Positions 27,847 to 38,846 are shown, counted from the first letter of the stretch. The stretch: DNA of 64,000 nt from Capsulimonadaceae bacterium (GCA_965215505.1 OZ244065.1:3520001-3584000), one strand, 5' to 3'. Numbers and translations: made by a program. Notes: a model not told the origin generated them from the sequence alone.

Positions 27847-29433
27847 CTACCGCAGAACCGTGTTGCGCTCCACGCCCGCCTTGATCGTCGCCAGGTCCGA
27901 GGCCGTCAGGCGCGGAGCGCCCTTCTGGAGCAGGCGCAGGAAAAGCCTCTCCTCGGCCGCCGTGCCGGGCATCCCCATCGTCTCCGGCCCGTAGACCGAG
28001 TCGCCCAGCTTCTTACCTTGGGGCGTCAGGACGGCGTAGAAGGGGATGGCGTTCCGGCCCCCGTACTTGCGGAACAGGGCCAGGCCGCCGGGGTTCTCCC
28101 AGCCGTTCTTGCCGTGTTCCCAGATGTCCTCCTCCGCCACGACGAACCGGGACCCGATCAGCGGCCTGACCTGGGGGTCATTCAGGAAATGGTGCAGCAG
28201 GAAGCACGGACCGCACCAGGAGGCGTGGAAGTCCAGGAAGACCAGTTTGCCCTCGGCGCGCGCCCGCGCTAGGGCGGAGGCCAGCAGGGCGTTTGCGTCC
28301 GAGCCGTCCCCGTGGTCAGTCCGGTCCGCCTTGATCTCGGCGTCGAAGAGACGCCTCTTGCGGGCGTCCGCCTCCTGATGCGCGACCTGCACCCGGCGCT
28401 GGGTTTCCAGGCCGCCCCCCGCCGGGTCATAGCGGTAGTGGTACACCTGGTTCTCGTAGATGGCCGCCCCGGCGGGCAGGTGGGAACGGATGTCGAACGC
28501 GGCGGCGGGCAGCGGGGCGTCGGTGGCCGCGCTGATTAGGAAATCCACGGTCCGGGCGGGGGCGGGCGTCCCGTCCGCCAGCAGCTCGTCCTCCACCGAA
28601 TGCACCCGCCGGGCGAGCTGGACGCCCTGGAACGGGGCGGGCTGCATGAAGTCCCACTGCTGGAAGGGGCGGCCTGCCCCGTCCACGGTCGCCGCCCGCG
28701 TCACGCGGAGGCCGTCGCCGGTGCCGTCCGTGGAAACCGATCCCCACTGGTAGAGCGGGTCGGGGCGGCCGGGGATGAACTGGCGTGTTTCCAGCACGTC
28801 GCAGGCCAGCCCGCCGCCCGCCTGCGCGGCCTGCGCCCCGGCAGGGGTCTGCGGGGCGTCTCCGCGCGGCGGCTTGACGAGCGGCAGGCTTGGCAGGCCG
28901 ACGCCGGGCAGGAGGATGAACGGCATCCCGCGCCAGCCGTCGTCCATGGTCATGCGCTGCATCTGGGAGGAATAATCGTAGGTCCGGCGGCCGTCATACA
29001 GCACGACCTCGGTGTCCAGCGGCAGCGGGGTGGCCTTGCCCTTCTGGTCGGCGGCGTAGTCCCGGCCCGCCGTCTGGCGGCTGACGCAGAGCAGGCGGCC
29101 CGCCGACCCGGACAGCGTGACCCGGTACTGCTTGGGCGGGTGGGGGGCGCGCTCGCTGCCCTCAATCATCCGCACCATGCCGTCGGCCTGCGCCTGGGTG
29201 CAGCTGCCCGAGGCGACCATGCGGGCGTAGTCCGCCCGGATGTTCGCCGCCCGCGCCGCCTTCAGCGCCGGGGAGCGGACGTCGGTCTCGGTCGCGGTGT
29301 AGGTCAGCGTGAAGCCGTCATGCAGCCGCAGGGCCTGGACCTGGGCGAGCGTGGGCGGCGTCTGCGCGTGGGCGGGCAGGGCAAAGGTGGGCAGGGTGGC
29401 GAGAGCCAGGAGGGCAAGGGCGACGGGTTTCAT
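27847..29433 (-). CDS. Secreted protein with C-terminal thioredoxin domain
   Basis: Signal peptide and KLVFLDFHASWCGPC. Confidence 0.8.
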   Translation of the reverse strand: MKPVALALLALATLPTFALPAHAQTPPTLAQVQALRLHDGFTLTYTATETDVRSPALKAARAANIRADYARMVASGSCTQAQADGMVRMIEGSERAPHPPKQYRVTLSGSAGRLLCVSRQTAGRDYAADQKGKATPLPLDTEVVLYDGRRTYDYSSQMQRMTMDDGWRGMPFILLPGVGLPSLPLVKPPRGDAPQTPAGAQAAQAGGGLACDVLETRQFIPGRPDPLYQWGSVSTDGTGDGLRVTRAATVDGAGRPFQQWDFMQPAPFQGVQLARRVHSVEDELLADGTPAPARTVDFLISAATDAPLPAAAFDIRSHLPAGAAIYENQVYHYRYDPAGGGLETQRRVQVAHQEADARKRRLFDAEIKADRTDHGDGSDANALLASALARARAEGKLVFLDFHASWCGPCFLLHHFLNDPQVRPLIGSRFVVAEEDIWEHGKNGWENPGGLALFRKYGGRNAIPFYAVLTPQGKKLGDSVYGPETMGMPGTAAEERLFLRLLQKGAPRLTASDLATIKAGVERNTVLR

Positions 29434-29456
29434 GGTGTGTCCTTCGCGCAGGTGCG

Positions 29457-29593
29457 CCACGGGGCTGAACCCCCGTGCTTCGGTAAAGCAACTCCCCGCC
29501 TTCGCGGCCATCGGACTCAGGAAACGGATGTCCAGCCTCCTCGCCCGCGCAGGCGGGGGCTTGCACTTTTACAGCACGGGGGTTCAGCCCCGT
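29457..29593. repeat. Inverted pair of cacggggctgaacccccgtg hairpins (family F)
   Basis: Structurally similar to 61733-61930. Confidence 0.65.
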
Positions 29594-29596
29594 GAC

Positions 29597-31438
29597 TCAC
29601 CGCACCGGCGTCAGCGTCAGCGACCGCAGGTTCATCGGCTGCCACCCGGCGGCCACCGGATGCACCGACACGGAGGCCGACCCAGCTTCTGGAACTGTCA
29701 AAGTCCCCAGCGTCACCGTCCGGTACTTGCCGTAGTCGCCCGTGTTCGGCGCGGTGCCGGCGACGGATTGCTGGGAAGGCAGGGCGGGCTTCGTGCGGCT
29801 CAGGAGCGCGGTCGCCAACTGCTTGGCCTCATACGCCTCTACCGTGAACGACCCGCTGCCCAGCGCGGCGATCTCCGCCGTCACCGTGAACGTGCCCGGC
29901 TGCGTGATCTTGACCGGCCACTCGGCCCAGTCGGCAGGATTGATCCAGTAGCCCAGGTTGTCGTGGCCCGCGCCCGGCTCGTACTGTACCCCGCCGTGAA
30001 GCTCGGCGTCGGGCGCGGCCAGTCTCAGGACGCCGTTCGCATCCTGGCCGATGTAGACGGGCGGGGGCGGCGTGACGGTCGGCGGCCCGCTGATCTTCAA
30101 GACGACAGTTGAGGAGACGGCGTCCGGGGCGGCACTCGGCACCGTCAGCGTGACGCCGTCCGCGTCGAGGGCGGCGGGCACGGCCCGCCGGCCGTCCAGC
30201 AAATAGGCGGAGCGAACGGCGTTCCGCAGCCCCGGCACGCGCAGCCTGCCATCGGCGGGCCAGTCGAAGACGTGCAGATAGAGGGTCGTGTTCGGGCCGT
30301 CCCTCTTCCGGGTGCAGCGGCCCCAGGGCAGCTTCTTGAACGGCGTGGCCGACGTTCCGTAGACCGCCTCGCCGTTCGTCTTCATCCACTTCCCGACCGC
30401 CTGGAGCCGCTCGGCCTCGGGGGCGGGGATGATGCCCTCCGAAGTCGGGCCGACGTTCAGCAGGTAATTCCCGCCCTTGGAGGCGATGTCTATGAGGTTG
30501 TGCAGCAGCGTCGCCGTACTCTTGAAGTTCGTGTCGTCGGTCTTGTAGCCCCAGGTGTCGTTGATCGTCATGCAGGTCTCCCAGTCCTTGCCGGGGAACC
30601 CGTTCGCGGGGATGGTCTGCTCGGGCGTCTCAGTGTCGCCCGGCACGCCGCCGCCCATGCGGTTGTTGGTGATCAGCCCGGGGTCCTGCCCGAACGAGGC
30701 GGTCAGCAGACGCGCCTCGTCGGGCGTGAACGGGCCGTTGATGTCCCACCACAGGACGGCGGGATGATAGCGGGTGATCAGCTCCGTCACCTGCGGCGCG
30801 GAGACCTTCTTCACATAGGCGTCGAAATCGCCGTTCTGGGCGGGGTCCCAGGCGGGTCCCGCCGTGCCGCCGCCCGCGTGATGCCAGTCGAGGTTCTGGG
30901 AGTAGTAGACGCCGAACTTGATCCCGGCCTTCTTGCAGGCCGCGCTCATCTCGCCGACGGGGTCGCGCTTGAAAGGGGTGCGGGCGTTGATGTTGTAGTC
31001 GTCAACCGCCGTGGGGAACATGGCGAACCCCTCGTGGTGCTTGGCGGTCATGACGATGTATTTCATGCCGGCGGCTTTGGCGATGCCCACCCACTGGTCG
31101 GCATTGAACTTCTCCGGGTCGAACTGCTTGGCATAGGCGGCGTAGTCGGCGACGGGGATGTGGGCGTCGTGCATGATCCACTCGCCGATGCCGCCGACCG
31201 GCTTGCCCCGGTAGCGCCCGGCGGGGACGGCGTACAGCCCCCAATGGATGAACATGCCGAAGCGGGCTTCGCGCCACCACTTCATGCGCGCGTCCCGCTG
31301 GGCCTTGGTCTCGTCCGCGTGGGGGTCGGGGGAGGCGGACGCAGGCGAAACGGCGGGGGGCGTCTGGGCGCACAGGGGGGCGGCGAGCAGGGCGCAGGCG
31401 AGGGCGGCGGCGGCGCACAGATGGCGGGGCGTGTTCAT
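29597..31438 (-). CDS. GH29 alpha-L-fucosidase with C-terminal CBM-like domain
   Basis: RFGMFIHWG, KHHEGF, LWWD, WETCMT, GGNYLLNVGP. Confidence 0.92.
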   Translation of the reverse strand: MNTPRHLCAAAALACALLAAPLCAQTPPAVSPASASPDPHADETKAQRDARMKWWREARFGMFIHWGLYAVPAGRYRGKPVGGIGEWIMHDAHIPVADYAAYAKQFDPEKFNADQWVGIAKAAGMKYIVMTAKHHEGFAMFPTAVDDYNINARTPFKRDPVGEMSAACKKAGIKFGVYYSQNLDWHHAGGGTAGPAWDPAQNGDFDAYVKKVSAPQVTELITRYHPAVLWWDINGPFTPDEARLLTASFGQDPGLITNNRMGGGVPGDTETPEQTIPANGFPGKDWETCMTINDTWGYKTDDTNFKSTATLLHNLIDIASKGGNYLLNVGPTSEGIIPAPEAERLQAVGKWMKTNGEAVYGTSATPFKKLPWGRCTRKRDGPNTTLYLHVFDWPADGRLRVPGLRNAVRSAYLLDGRRAVPAALDADGVTLTVPSAAPDAVSSTVVLKISGPPTVTPPPPVYIGQDANGVLRLAAPDAELHGGVQYEPGAGHDNLGYWINPADWAEWPVKITQPGTFTVTAEIAALGSGSFTVEAYEAKQLATALLSRTKPALPSQQSVAGTAPNTGDYGKYRTVTLGTLTVPEAGSASVSVHPVAAGWQPMNLRSLTLTPVR

Positions 31439-31657
31439 ACGCCATTCTATCACGCGGGCCGGCGGGCGTCAAGCGGGGGGCGTCAAGCGAAGCGCCCCGG
31501 CCATGAATGGCCGGCCTACTCGGGAATGAAAGCCGCTCCGCGGCTGAGGACAACGAAGGACGATAGGACAAGGCGCGGCGAGCGGGCGTGGCATATCTTC
31601 AACCCCGGAGGGGTTTTCACTCAACAGTAGCCCGGCCATTCATGGCCTGGACCGACT

Positions 31658-31897
31658 TCAGGACCAGTGCCTCACCAGATCCACAAGAGCCGCCAGCACC
31701 AGGACCACCGCGATGAGCATCGCCCCCATGAACAGCACCCCCACAACCACGAGGAGCCAGTAGAGGGAGAGGCCGAATACTTCGAGCGGTGTCAGGGGAG
31801 GCAATGGCCCCATGGGCGGGGAAACGCGCGGCGGGGGCGGCCAGACGGGGCTGTGTTCGCCCGGCGCAAGATTGGCGTCTGTCTGGTCGTCGTTCAT
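31658..31897 (-). CDS. Small membrane protein with WPPPP motif
   Basis: VWPPPP followed by a long hydrophobic segment. Confidence 0.55.
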   Translation of the reverse strand: MNDDQTDANLAPGEHSPVWPPPPRVSPPMGPLPPLTPLEVFGLSLYWLLVVVGVLFMGAMLIAVVLVLAALVDLVRHWS

Positions 31898-31941
31898 CCT
31901 GCTTGCTTTTACCCCTTTTCGGGAACACGCCGACACCACGG

Positions 31942-32319
31942 CTAAAGCCACACCAGCAGAGACATAACCAGCAAGACGATCAGCGCCCCCGTCGTCAGCA
32001 TGATCCCGAAGAGTGGGGCACGGCGCACGAGGACAAAACAAGCGGCGGCGCTCAACGCGGCGTACACGCAGAACTCAAACCGCGCCTTCAGCACACTCCC
32101 CGAAGGCCGAGAAACGAGGTCGCCAACAATACCAACGGCGACGATCACCAGGAATGTGCCTATCAGGCCCGCCGCCAAGCCCAGGCTGAGGTCCAGCCAG
32201 GCGTAAGGCGTCAGCGTCCTAAACCGGGCAGGCTCGCTCCTGACGGGAGGAACCACCTGCGGCGCGGGCGGCCAGACAAGGCCGGGCGTCTCCGGGTCAG
32301 GGCAGTCTGTGTCACTCAT
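31942..32319 (-). CDS. Membrane protein with WPPAP motif
   Basis: Three hydrophobic segments. RBS aggag. Confidence 0.6.
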   Translation of the reverse strand: MSDTDCPDPETPGLVWPPAPQVVPPVRSEPARFRTLTPYAWLDLSLGLAAGLIGTFLVIVAVGIVGDLVSRPSGSVLKARFEFCVYAALSAAACFVLVRRAPLFGIMLTTGALIVLLVMSLLVWL

Positions 32320-32488
32320 TCTCCTGCCTTATCTTGTAGAGCGCCTGCATCGCCATCTCCAGGGTCACCCCATTGCGCGTCAGTATCTCCCGCATCTCGT
32401 TGAAGTTCTCGTCAAGCCGTGTGGGGGGATACTCCGCCTCCCAAGGTTCGGGGGTGCTGCCGACGTCCGCCGTTTGCTTCTTGGTCAT
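32312..32488 (-). CDS. Small 58-aa hypothetical protein (not in the ORF track)
   Basis: RBS aggagag. MTKKQTADVG...FNEMREILTRNGVTLEMAMQALYKIRQENE*, overlapping the next start. Confidence 0.5.
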   Translation of the reverse strand: MTKKQTADVGSTPEPWEAEYPPTRLDENFNEMREILTRNGVTLEMAMQALYKIRQENE

Positions 32489-32728
32489 GGGCGCTCTCCT
32501 GTCTTGTCTCGCTCACAGTTCTCGCTCACAGTGTACCCGGTAGGCCGGGCGCGGGGTGCCGGTGAGGTCACGCAGGTTGGGCGAGAGGTGTGCGCGGCGT
32601 GACCCCGGCCCTGAAGGGCCGGGTCATAATGGCCGCCGCGCCGGGGCCGACACGCCGCGCGCAGGAAGCAGAGGGCGGGGGGACCCCGCCCCTACACGGC
32701 CCGTGGTGACCCGCGCGTAGTCGCCCGC

Positions 32729-34801
32729 TCACCCCGCCCCGAAGAACACGCACTTGCCGCCCGGCGCGTCGAACGTCACGTCCACCCGCGCCAGGCCCCC
32801 GGCGGCCGCCCGCACCGTGACGCCGGGCATGGCCCAGGTCTTGAGGTCGGCGGGAACGTGCGTCAGGTAGGTGTAGGTCCCGCGCGCCCCGGCGAAGACG
32901 GACACGACGCCTCTGCCGGTGGCCGGGTCTATCTTCTCGTACACCTCGGGGCTGCCGCCGACCATCCCCGTCCGGCGGAGGGTCGCCCGCGTGATGTCGT
33001 CGCGGACCGACTTGTAGGCCGCCAATGCCGCGCCGAAGCGGGCGATGCCATCCTCGGAAACGCGCAGCAGGTCGCCCCAGAGGCCGTTCTGGCCCAGGAC
33101 GAGCGAGGCGATGTTGAGTTCCTGGCTGCTTTGCGGGTCGTCAGGCAGATAGTGGGTCAGGAACAGGACGCTAGGCACCCACTTGTCGTAGGGCAAGGGC
33201 GTCCGGCAGACCCAGGCGCGGGCGGGACCGGGGAAGAAGAACAGGTTGACGTTGCCGTCGGCGGGCGGCTTCAGGTCGTAATTGTTGTTGTACGGGCCGT
33301 TGTTAATCAGGAAGTATTTGCCCGCCGACAGGAAGCCCAGGCCGACCGAGCGGCCCCCCTCGGTGATGTCAAAGTCTACAATCGCCTCGGGGCAGGCCGC
33401 GCACAGCCTGTCCACGACGCGGGCCATGTAACCGGCCTGCTGGAAGGCGTAGGAGTCCGCCCGCTCCCGCTCGGTGTTCTGGGCCGTGCCGTGGAAGTGG
33501 CCGGGGGCATCGCACCCGTACTGGCCGACGGCGTCCCACTTGAAGTAGGTCACGCCTACCTCGCGAGTCAGGCGGATCAGCTCATCGGCAAAGGCCTCCC
33601 AGTAGCGGGAAACCAGGCACAGGCCCTGGCTGGCTTCGGTCTCCCAAACCTCGTGGGGGTCATGGGGCATGCCGTGCGACGTCATCAGGCAGTCTTCGTG
33701 ATCCGACCGCATGTTGCTGGACACGGCGGCGACGGTCGGGTTGAACCACAGGCCCAGCTTCATGCCGTGGCCTTCCAGCGTCCTGCGGATGCCCGCCAGC
33801 CCGTCGGGGAACCGGGCGCGGTTCACCTGCCAGTCGCCCGTCTTCTCGTACCAGCCGGTGTCCAGGACGAAGACGTCTATGCCCATGCGGTGCGCCACCT
33901 CGATCTCGGCTTCAACGTGGTCCTGCCGCATGGACTCTAAATAGGGGTTGCCGTGCCACCAGCGGTTCCGCTCCTGGAAGTTCCAGGTGTTGTAGAAGAT
34001 GTAGGGCTTGCGCGACTCGGCGTTCCGCGTGACATGGCGCAGCAGGAAATCCCGGTAGGCGCGGGCCAGGTCGTCTTCGGTCCCCGCGACGGCCCCGACG
34101 TGCATCCAGAGCGTTTGGTAGCCATCGGCAGGCTCCCCGTCACAGTAGTTGCCTTTGACCGCGCGCAGGGAGACGGCCCTGTCCGGGCCAAGATGGTAGC
34201 GCAGGAAGGCGTCGGGCGACTGCGACCCGTGTTCATAGGCCAGCAGCAATGCGTGGCTGTCCGAGGCCCCGACGAGGATCGGCCCCAGCGCGGTCAGGCC
34301 CTCGGCGAACTGGGCGGGTTCGATGTCGCGCTCCGCCAGGCAGTAGGAATGCACCTGCTCGTTGAACTCCGCCAGCCGCACCTCGGTGACAGTGGGCAGG
34401 ACGCCGAACGAGGTCCGAAGATAGGTCAGGCTGTCCGCCCCGCCGGTCTTGGTCAGACGCCGTTCCTGCCCGCCGCCAAGCTCATACCGGAAGCGCACGA
34501 CCGGGCCGTCCGGGGGCACCTGCCAGACGACAGCCAGCGTCAGGCCGGGTTCGCCGGCGACCGCCCCCCGCCACCGGTGTTCGGCAACCCCGTTCGTAAG
34601 GGTCCGCGCCGCGCCCTCGGGCCGGAACCCTTCCACTGCCGCCGTCACCGCCCGGCCGTCCATCTCGAAGACGGGCGGGGCGAACTCGAAGGTCTCCCCC
34701 GTGGCGGCGACGCCGTAGGCCCAGAGGACGTCCGGCGTCGCGCCCGGCGCAACCGTCAGCAGGTCGGTGGTGAGCCTCACGGGCACAGGGGGGGTAGTCA
34801 T
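32729..34801 (-). CDS. GH36-like alpha-galactosidase
   Basis: YNTW, FVLDTGW...GDW....RFPDGL, GLWF.P, YFKWD. Confidence 0.85.
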   Translation of the reverse strand: MTTPPVPVRLTTDLLTVAPGATPDVLWAYGVAATGETFEFAPPVFEMDGRAVTAAVEGFRPEGAARTLTNGVAEHRWRGAVAGEPGLTLAVVWQVPPDGPVVRFRYELGGGQERRLTKTGGADSLTYLRTSFGVLPTVTEVRLAEFNEQVHSYCLAERDIEPAQFAEGLTALGPILVGASDSHALLLAYEHGSQSPDAFLRYHLGPDRAVSLRAVKGNYCDGEPADGYQTLWMHVGAVAGTEDDLARAYRDFLLRHVTRNAESRKPYIFYNTWNFQERNRWWHGNPYLESMRQDHVEAEIEVAHRMGIDVFVLDTGWYEKTGDWQVNRARFPDGLAGIRRTLEGHGMKLGLWFNPTVAAVSSNMRSDHEDCLMTSHGMPHDPHEVWETEASQGLCLVSRYWEAFADELIRLTREVGVTYFKWDAVGQYGCDAPGHFHGTAQNTERERADSYAFQQAGYMARVVDRLCAACPEAIVDFDITEGGRSVGLGFLSAGKYFLINNGPYNNNYDLKPPADGNVNLFFFPGPARAWVCRTPLPYDKWVPSVLFLTHYLPDDPQSSQELNIASLVLGQNGLWGDLLRVSEDGIARFGAALAAYKSVRDDITRATLRRTGMVGGSPEVYEKIDPATGRGVVSVFAGARGTYTYLTHVPADLKTWAMPGVTVRAAAGGLARVDVTFDAPGGKCVFFGAG

Positions 34802-34861
34802 GGGGTCGCTATTCGCGACGGCGGGCGCGGGTTCCTGCGCGGAGCGGGGGCGCAGAAGCGC

Positions 34862-35779
34862 CTAGCGCACTTGAAACGTCGTGCCGTTGAGGGCGGACCG
34901 GACGGCCCCCCCCAGCCGGATTCTCTGGGCGCGCGGGAGGCGCCGCTTGAGCGCTCGCAGGGGCCACCGGTCGGTGAGGGCGCTCATTGTCCGGCAGCGG
35001 GCATTGGCTTGTCGGAGCCGGCGCACGGCCTCGGTAAATCCAGCCCCCTCCCGGGCGCATTGCTCCTCAAAACGGGCGGCGGCGAAGGCATACAATTCCT
35101 GGTCCCATTCGTTCTGCCGCTGAATGACTCCCATCACGTCCTCTGGCACCTGGGTCCGGTCGAGGCGGTTTGCGCCGACGTTCTCCTTCACATAATACGG
35201 CAAGCCCCAGCCGAACCTCCGTTGCAGCAGCACCACGGTTTCCTCAAAACGCTCCGTCAGACCGGCGACCGCGAATCGCGCGGTTAGGTTGCGCTTGGCC
35301 TGCTCGAAGGCCGCGCGATTGCAGACGTCCGCGTCGGTCGCCGCTGCCCCCGCCAGCATCCGCGTCTGCCAGTTGTCCCGCTCGCCGAAGCCCAGCCGGA
35401 GGTAATCGCTCAGGGCCAAGTCCGGCCCCTCCCAGGCCCAGGGATGGCACGAAGGGTCGCCGCCCTGGAGTTCGCGAAGCACATGGCAGTAGTGGGACAG
35501 GACCCGCTCGACGGGGTCGCGGAGGAGGGTGATGTAGGTCGCCGGCTGAGAAAAGTATTGGTGGCCCCCGAACGGCAAATGCCCCAGGAGCAGGCGCGCG
35601 TCACGACGCTGCTGCGGGGTCAAGCCGGCCAGTCGCGAATAGCCGTCCGCATGGAGCGTGGCGTGCGTCAAATGCTGGTCCCTAAGAATGCCAGCCAGGG
35701 TGGTCCCGGCCGTCTTGGGGATGTGCAGGAAGATCAGCAGAGTGTCTTGGGGAGCCGCCGGTTTGATCTCAGTATACAT
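34862..35779 (-). CDS. Sulfotransferase family protein
   Basis: FLHIPKTAGTT and LRDPVERVLS PAPS-binding motifs. Confidence 0.88.
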   Translation of the reverse strand: MYTEIKPAAPQDTLLIFLHIPKTAGTTLAGILRDQHLTHATLHADGYSRLAGLTPQQRRDARLLLGHLPFGGHQYFSQPATYITLLRDPVERVLSHYCHVLRELQGGDPSCHPWAWEGPDLALSDYLRLGFGERDNWQTRMLAGAAATDADVCNRAAFEQAKRNLTARFAVAGLTERFEETVVLLQRRFGWGLPYYVKENVGANRLDRTQVPEDVMGVIQRQNEWDQELYAFAAARFEEQCAREGAGFTEAVRRLRQANARCRTMSALTDRWPLRALKRRLPRAQRIRLGGAVRSALNGTTFQVR

Positions 35780-36016
35780 CGGAAAGTCTTTCTAGGCTGT
35801 CGTCGCAAGAATGCAGGCCAGGATGCAGGCCAGGATGCGAGCAAGAATCAACGCTTCGTTTCCTGCCCTGGTAGACGGGGAGGGCAAAGAATGGTTCAAA
35901 TTTCAGGGCGAATTATTAACACACGGTAAACAAACCCCCGGCGTCACGTCCACAACAGAGCGAGTGTGTCTCCAGAAGATGAAATATTAATGAGAAGGGG
36001 AACGGGAAAGGGGAGT

Positions 36017-36105
36017 CTGGAAGAAGACCCGGCGCTGGAAGAAGACCCGGCGCTGGAAGAAGACCCGGCGCTGGAAGAAGACCCGGCGCTGGAAGAAGAC
36101 CCGGC
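36017..36105. repeat. 18-bp tandem repeat x5
   Basis: ctggaagaagacccggcg units. Confidence 0.9.
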
Positions 36106-36220
36106 GGTCAGGGGACCGGCGCCGGGTCCCTCTTCCCCGGTCCGTCCCGAAGCAGGAATCTCCCCCGTGGCTGAGGAACAAGGATAGCAAAGACGGTTGG
36201 TGAAGAAAGAAGGTAGCCCG

Positions 36221-38809
36221 ATGCGCCGCTCGTTCTTGCTGCTGACCTGCGCTCTGGCCCTGACCATTTGGGGCGGCCCCGTCCGCGCGCAGGCTACCCC
36301 CGCCCCGCGCCCGACACTCGCGCGGGCTTTGGCCGCCCTCGAACCCCCCAAGCAAGACCTCTTCCTCACCGTCGGCGCGGACAAGATTGAACTGCCCCCG
36401 GACCCCCCGCCCGCCGAACCCTCCGACCGGCCCGGCGCGGTGGGCGGGACTTACGGACGGCTGGCCCGCGACTTCGGCGGCGTCACGGCCCTGGCCCCGC
36501 CGACGATGGCGGTGCTGAACACCCGCCCCGGCATCCCCGATCCCTACGACGGGATGCCGCCCGGCGACGCCCTCACGCTGCTGCTGGCGGGCCTGAACCC
36601 GGTGCAGTGGGCGGCGATCACGGGGGAGAACGGCTTGGGGATGGGGGACCTGACCGACGACGCCCAGCGCGGCCAGTTCCGGGCCGTCCTGCCGTCTCAG
36701 GACCTGACGGTGACCCGCGAATATAATCCCCGCGTCCATGTCCCATATTTTGAGCCGGTGACGCTGGCCGCACAGGACTTGGACACCGCCGCGCGCCTGC
36801 GCCTGGGCCAGCAGGTGACGATTGACGTCCCGCTGGCGGGGCCGGGGGGCGGCGGCGGAACCTACATCATTCCGCCCCTCTCCGCCGGGGCCACCTATGA
36901 TGCCGAGCCTGCCCCCAGCACCGTTCCTGGCCCGATCTATGGGGCGGTCCTGCGCCGCGTCCTGACTAACACCCCCAAGGACGCCGACCTGGATTATAAC
37001 GCCCCTGCCTTGAAACACAGCCTCCGGGTGGACGGCCTCCTGACGGTCGGGGACCTGGTCGCCCGCGTCGGGCGGGCGGTGGGGCTGGAGCTGTACGCCG
37101 ACCGGCGCTACGAGACGCGCCCCGTGACGCTGGTCGGACGCCGGACGGCGCGCGCCGTGGACCTGCTGCGGGCGACGGCGTTCTGCGTCACGGGCACGTT
37201 CCGCCGGGTCGGCCCGGCCTACGTCCTGACCGACGACTTGGAGGGCACGGCCACACGCCGTCAGCGGCTTGGCCGGTTCTTGCAGGAGGGCCGGCTCAAG
37301 GGCGAGGCCGGCCTGGGAGCGGCGCAAGACAGCCTGGCGGCGGCGCACGGCGGCACGGACGCGCTGCCCTGGCTTGGCGGGGCCGGCTTCAGCGACGCGC
37401 AATGGGCGCTGCCCGGACTCAGAGGGATGGGGGGGCACGCGCTGGTGACGTTCGCCCAGCTCACGCCCGCCCAGCAGGACCTCGTGCTGGGCCTCGGCAG
37501 CGTGGACAGGAACAAGCCGTTCAAGCTCTACGCGCGGACGCACGTTGTTCTGCTGTCCCCCGCCGCCCCTGGGCCGGTCGTCCTCGGCTACCTGTCGCCG
37601 TGGTTCGGGCCTTCGATCGGGTCCTGGATGAGGGCGGACTGGCAGCGAAGGAGGGCATCCGCCCTGAAGTATGTGCCCCCCCTTAACCCCCCGCCGCCGC
37701 CCCCCCTGGCGCACTTCCCGGCCGCCATCCCGCGCCGCGCGCTCCTCGCCGCCCCCAAAACGGCGCGCGCGCTGGACGCCGTCATCGCGGGGATGAGGAC
37801 TTCGGGATTCAACCAACTCTGGCTGGAGGTGTTCGTAGGAGGCCACCCGCGCCTGGACATCTTGACCGAGGCCTTGGCACGGACCAGGGGGACGGGCATC
37901 AGCGTCATCCCCACCCTGGACCTGCTCCGGTGGGACAAAGACGCGCCCGCCGGGGCGCTCGACCGAACCGTGCTGGGGGAGACCTCCGGCGAGCAGCAGG
38001 CCTGGCAGCGGGCCTGGAGTCAGGATTACACGAGGGCCAGCGCGGAGATGCCCGTCAAGCCGTCCCCCCAGGACTCGCCCGTCGAGGTGTGGGCCAACCC
38101 CGCCGCCCCCGCCACGGAGGCGATCCTGCTCGCCCTAGTGCGGAGTCTGGCGGCCACGCCCGGCGTCACGACCCTGGCCGTGCGTGACACGGTTCCTTTC
38201 GGCTACATCCACCTGGCCGGCTCCGGCGTCGGGGGGGCCGACCTGGGCTACGTCCCCGCCCTGCGCCTGGCCCTCCTGCGCCGCGACCATTTAGACCCGC
38301 TGGACCTGGACTGGGCGACCGCGACCGGGGGCAGTACGGACACGTCCCTGCCGCTGTTCGACGACCCCGTGAACATCCCGGCGCTCGGTCAGGTGGAGCA
38401 GGACTGGGGCCACCTGCGGGACGGGGCGAGCCGCGACCTGCTGCGTCACCTGCTGGCGGCGGCCCAGGACACGGGCGGGAGGCGGTTCCGGTTCCTGGTC
38501 CGGCAGCGGTGTGATCTGAGCCGGTACGCCTGGTACGGCCTCTGGGAAAGTCCGCAGGCCCCTCTGCCCGAGGTGCCCGTCACCGCAGTCGGCGTCCCGA
38601 GCCTGCCCTGGGAAACGGATTACGCGCCGGTCGCGCACTCCCAATGCCGGGTCAACCTGATCGTCTCCGGCATCGGGGATTTGAATCCGTATGCCCCAGC
38701 CGACGCGCTCCAGAAGCTGAGTGCGGGCTGGGACGGCCTGGTGCTGGACGCGACCGCCCCCTGGGAGGAGGCTTGGCTCGCGTACTATGGGTGGGGCGTG
38801 AAGCGGTAG
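36221..38809 (+). CDS. Large secreted hypothetical protein, paralogue 1
   Basis: Signal peptide and shared blocks with 38847-41591. C-terminal GFNQLWLEVF segment suggests a TIM-barrel. Confidence 0.8.
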   Translation: MRRSFLLLTCALALTIWGGPVRAQATPAPRPTLARALAALEPPKQDLFLTVGADKIELPPDPPPAEPSDRPGAVGGTYGRLARDFGGVTALAPPTMAVLNTRPGIPDPYDGMPPGDALTLLLAGLNPVQWAAITGENGLGMGDLTDDAQRGQFRAVLPSQDLTVTREYNPRVHVPYFEPVTLAAQDLDTAARLRLGQQVTIDVPLAGPGGGGGTYIIPPLSAGATYDAEPAPSTVPGPIYGAVLRRVLTNTPKDADLDYNAPALKHSLRVDGLLTVGDLVARVGRAVGLELYADRRYETRPVTLVGRRTARAVDLLRATAFCVTGTFRRVGPAYVLTDDLEGTATRRQRLGRFLQEGRLKGEAGLGAAQDSLAAAHGGTDALPWLGGAGFSDAQWALPGLRGMGGHALVTFAQLTPAQQDLVLGLGSVDRNKPFKLYARTHVVLLSPAAPGPVVLGYLSPWFGPSIGSWMRADWQRRRASALKYVPPLNPPPPPPLAHFPAAIPRRALLAAPKTARALDAVIAGMRTSGFNQLWLEVFVGGHPRLDILTEALARTRGTGISVIPTLDLLRWDKDAPAGALDRTVLGETSGEQQAWQRAWSQDYTRASAEMPVKPSPQDSPVEVWANPAAPATEAILLALVRSLAATPGVTTLAVRDTVPFGYIHLAGSGVGGADLGYVPALRLALLRRDHLDPLDLDWATATGGSTDTSLPLFDDPVNIPALGQVEQDWGHLRDGASRDLLRHLLAAAQDTGGRRFRFLVRQRCDLSRYAWYGLWESPQAPLPEVPVTAVGVPSLPWETDYAPVAHSQCRVNLIVSGIGDLNPYAPADALQKLSAGWDGLVLDATAPWEEAWLAYYGWGVKR

Positions 38810-38846
38810 GGGAACAACAACGGCGGGAACGGGGGTAGAGAAGGCG

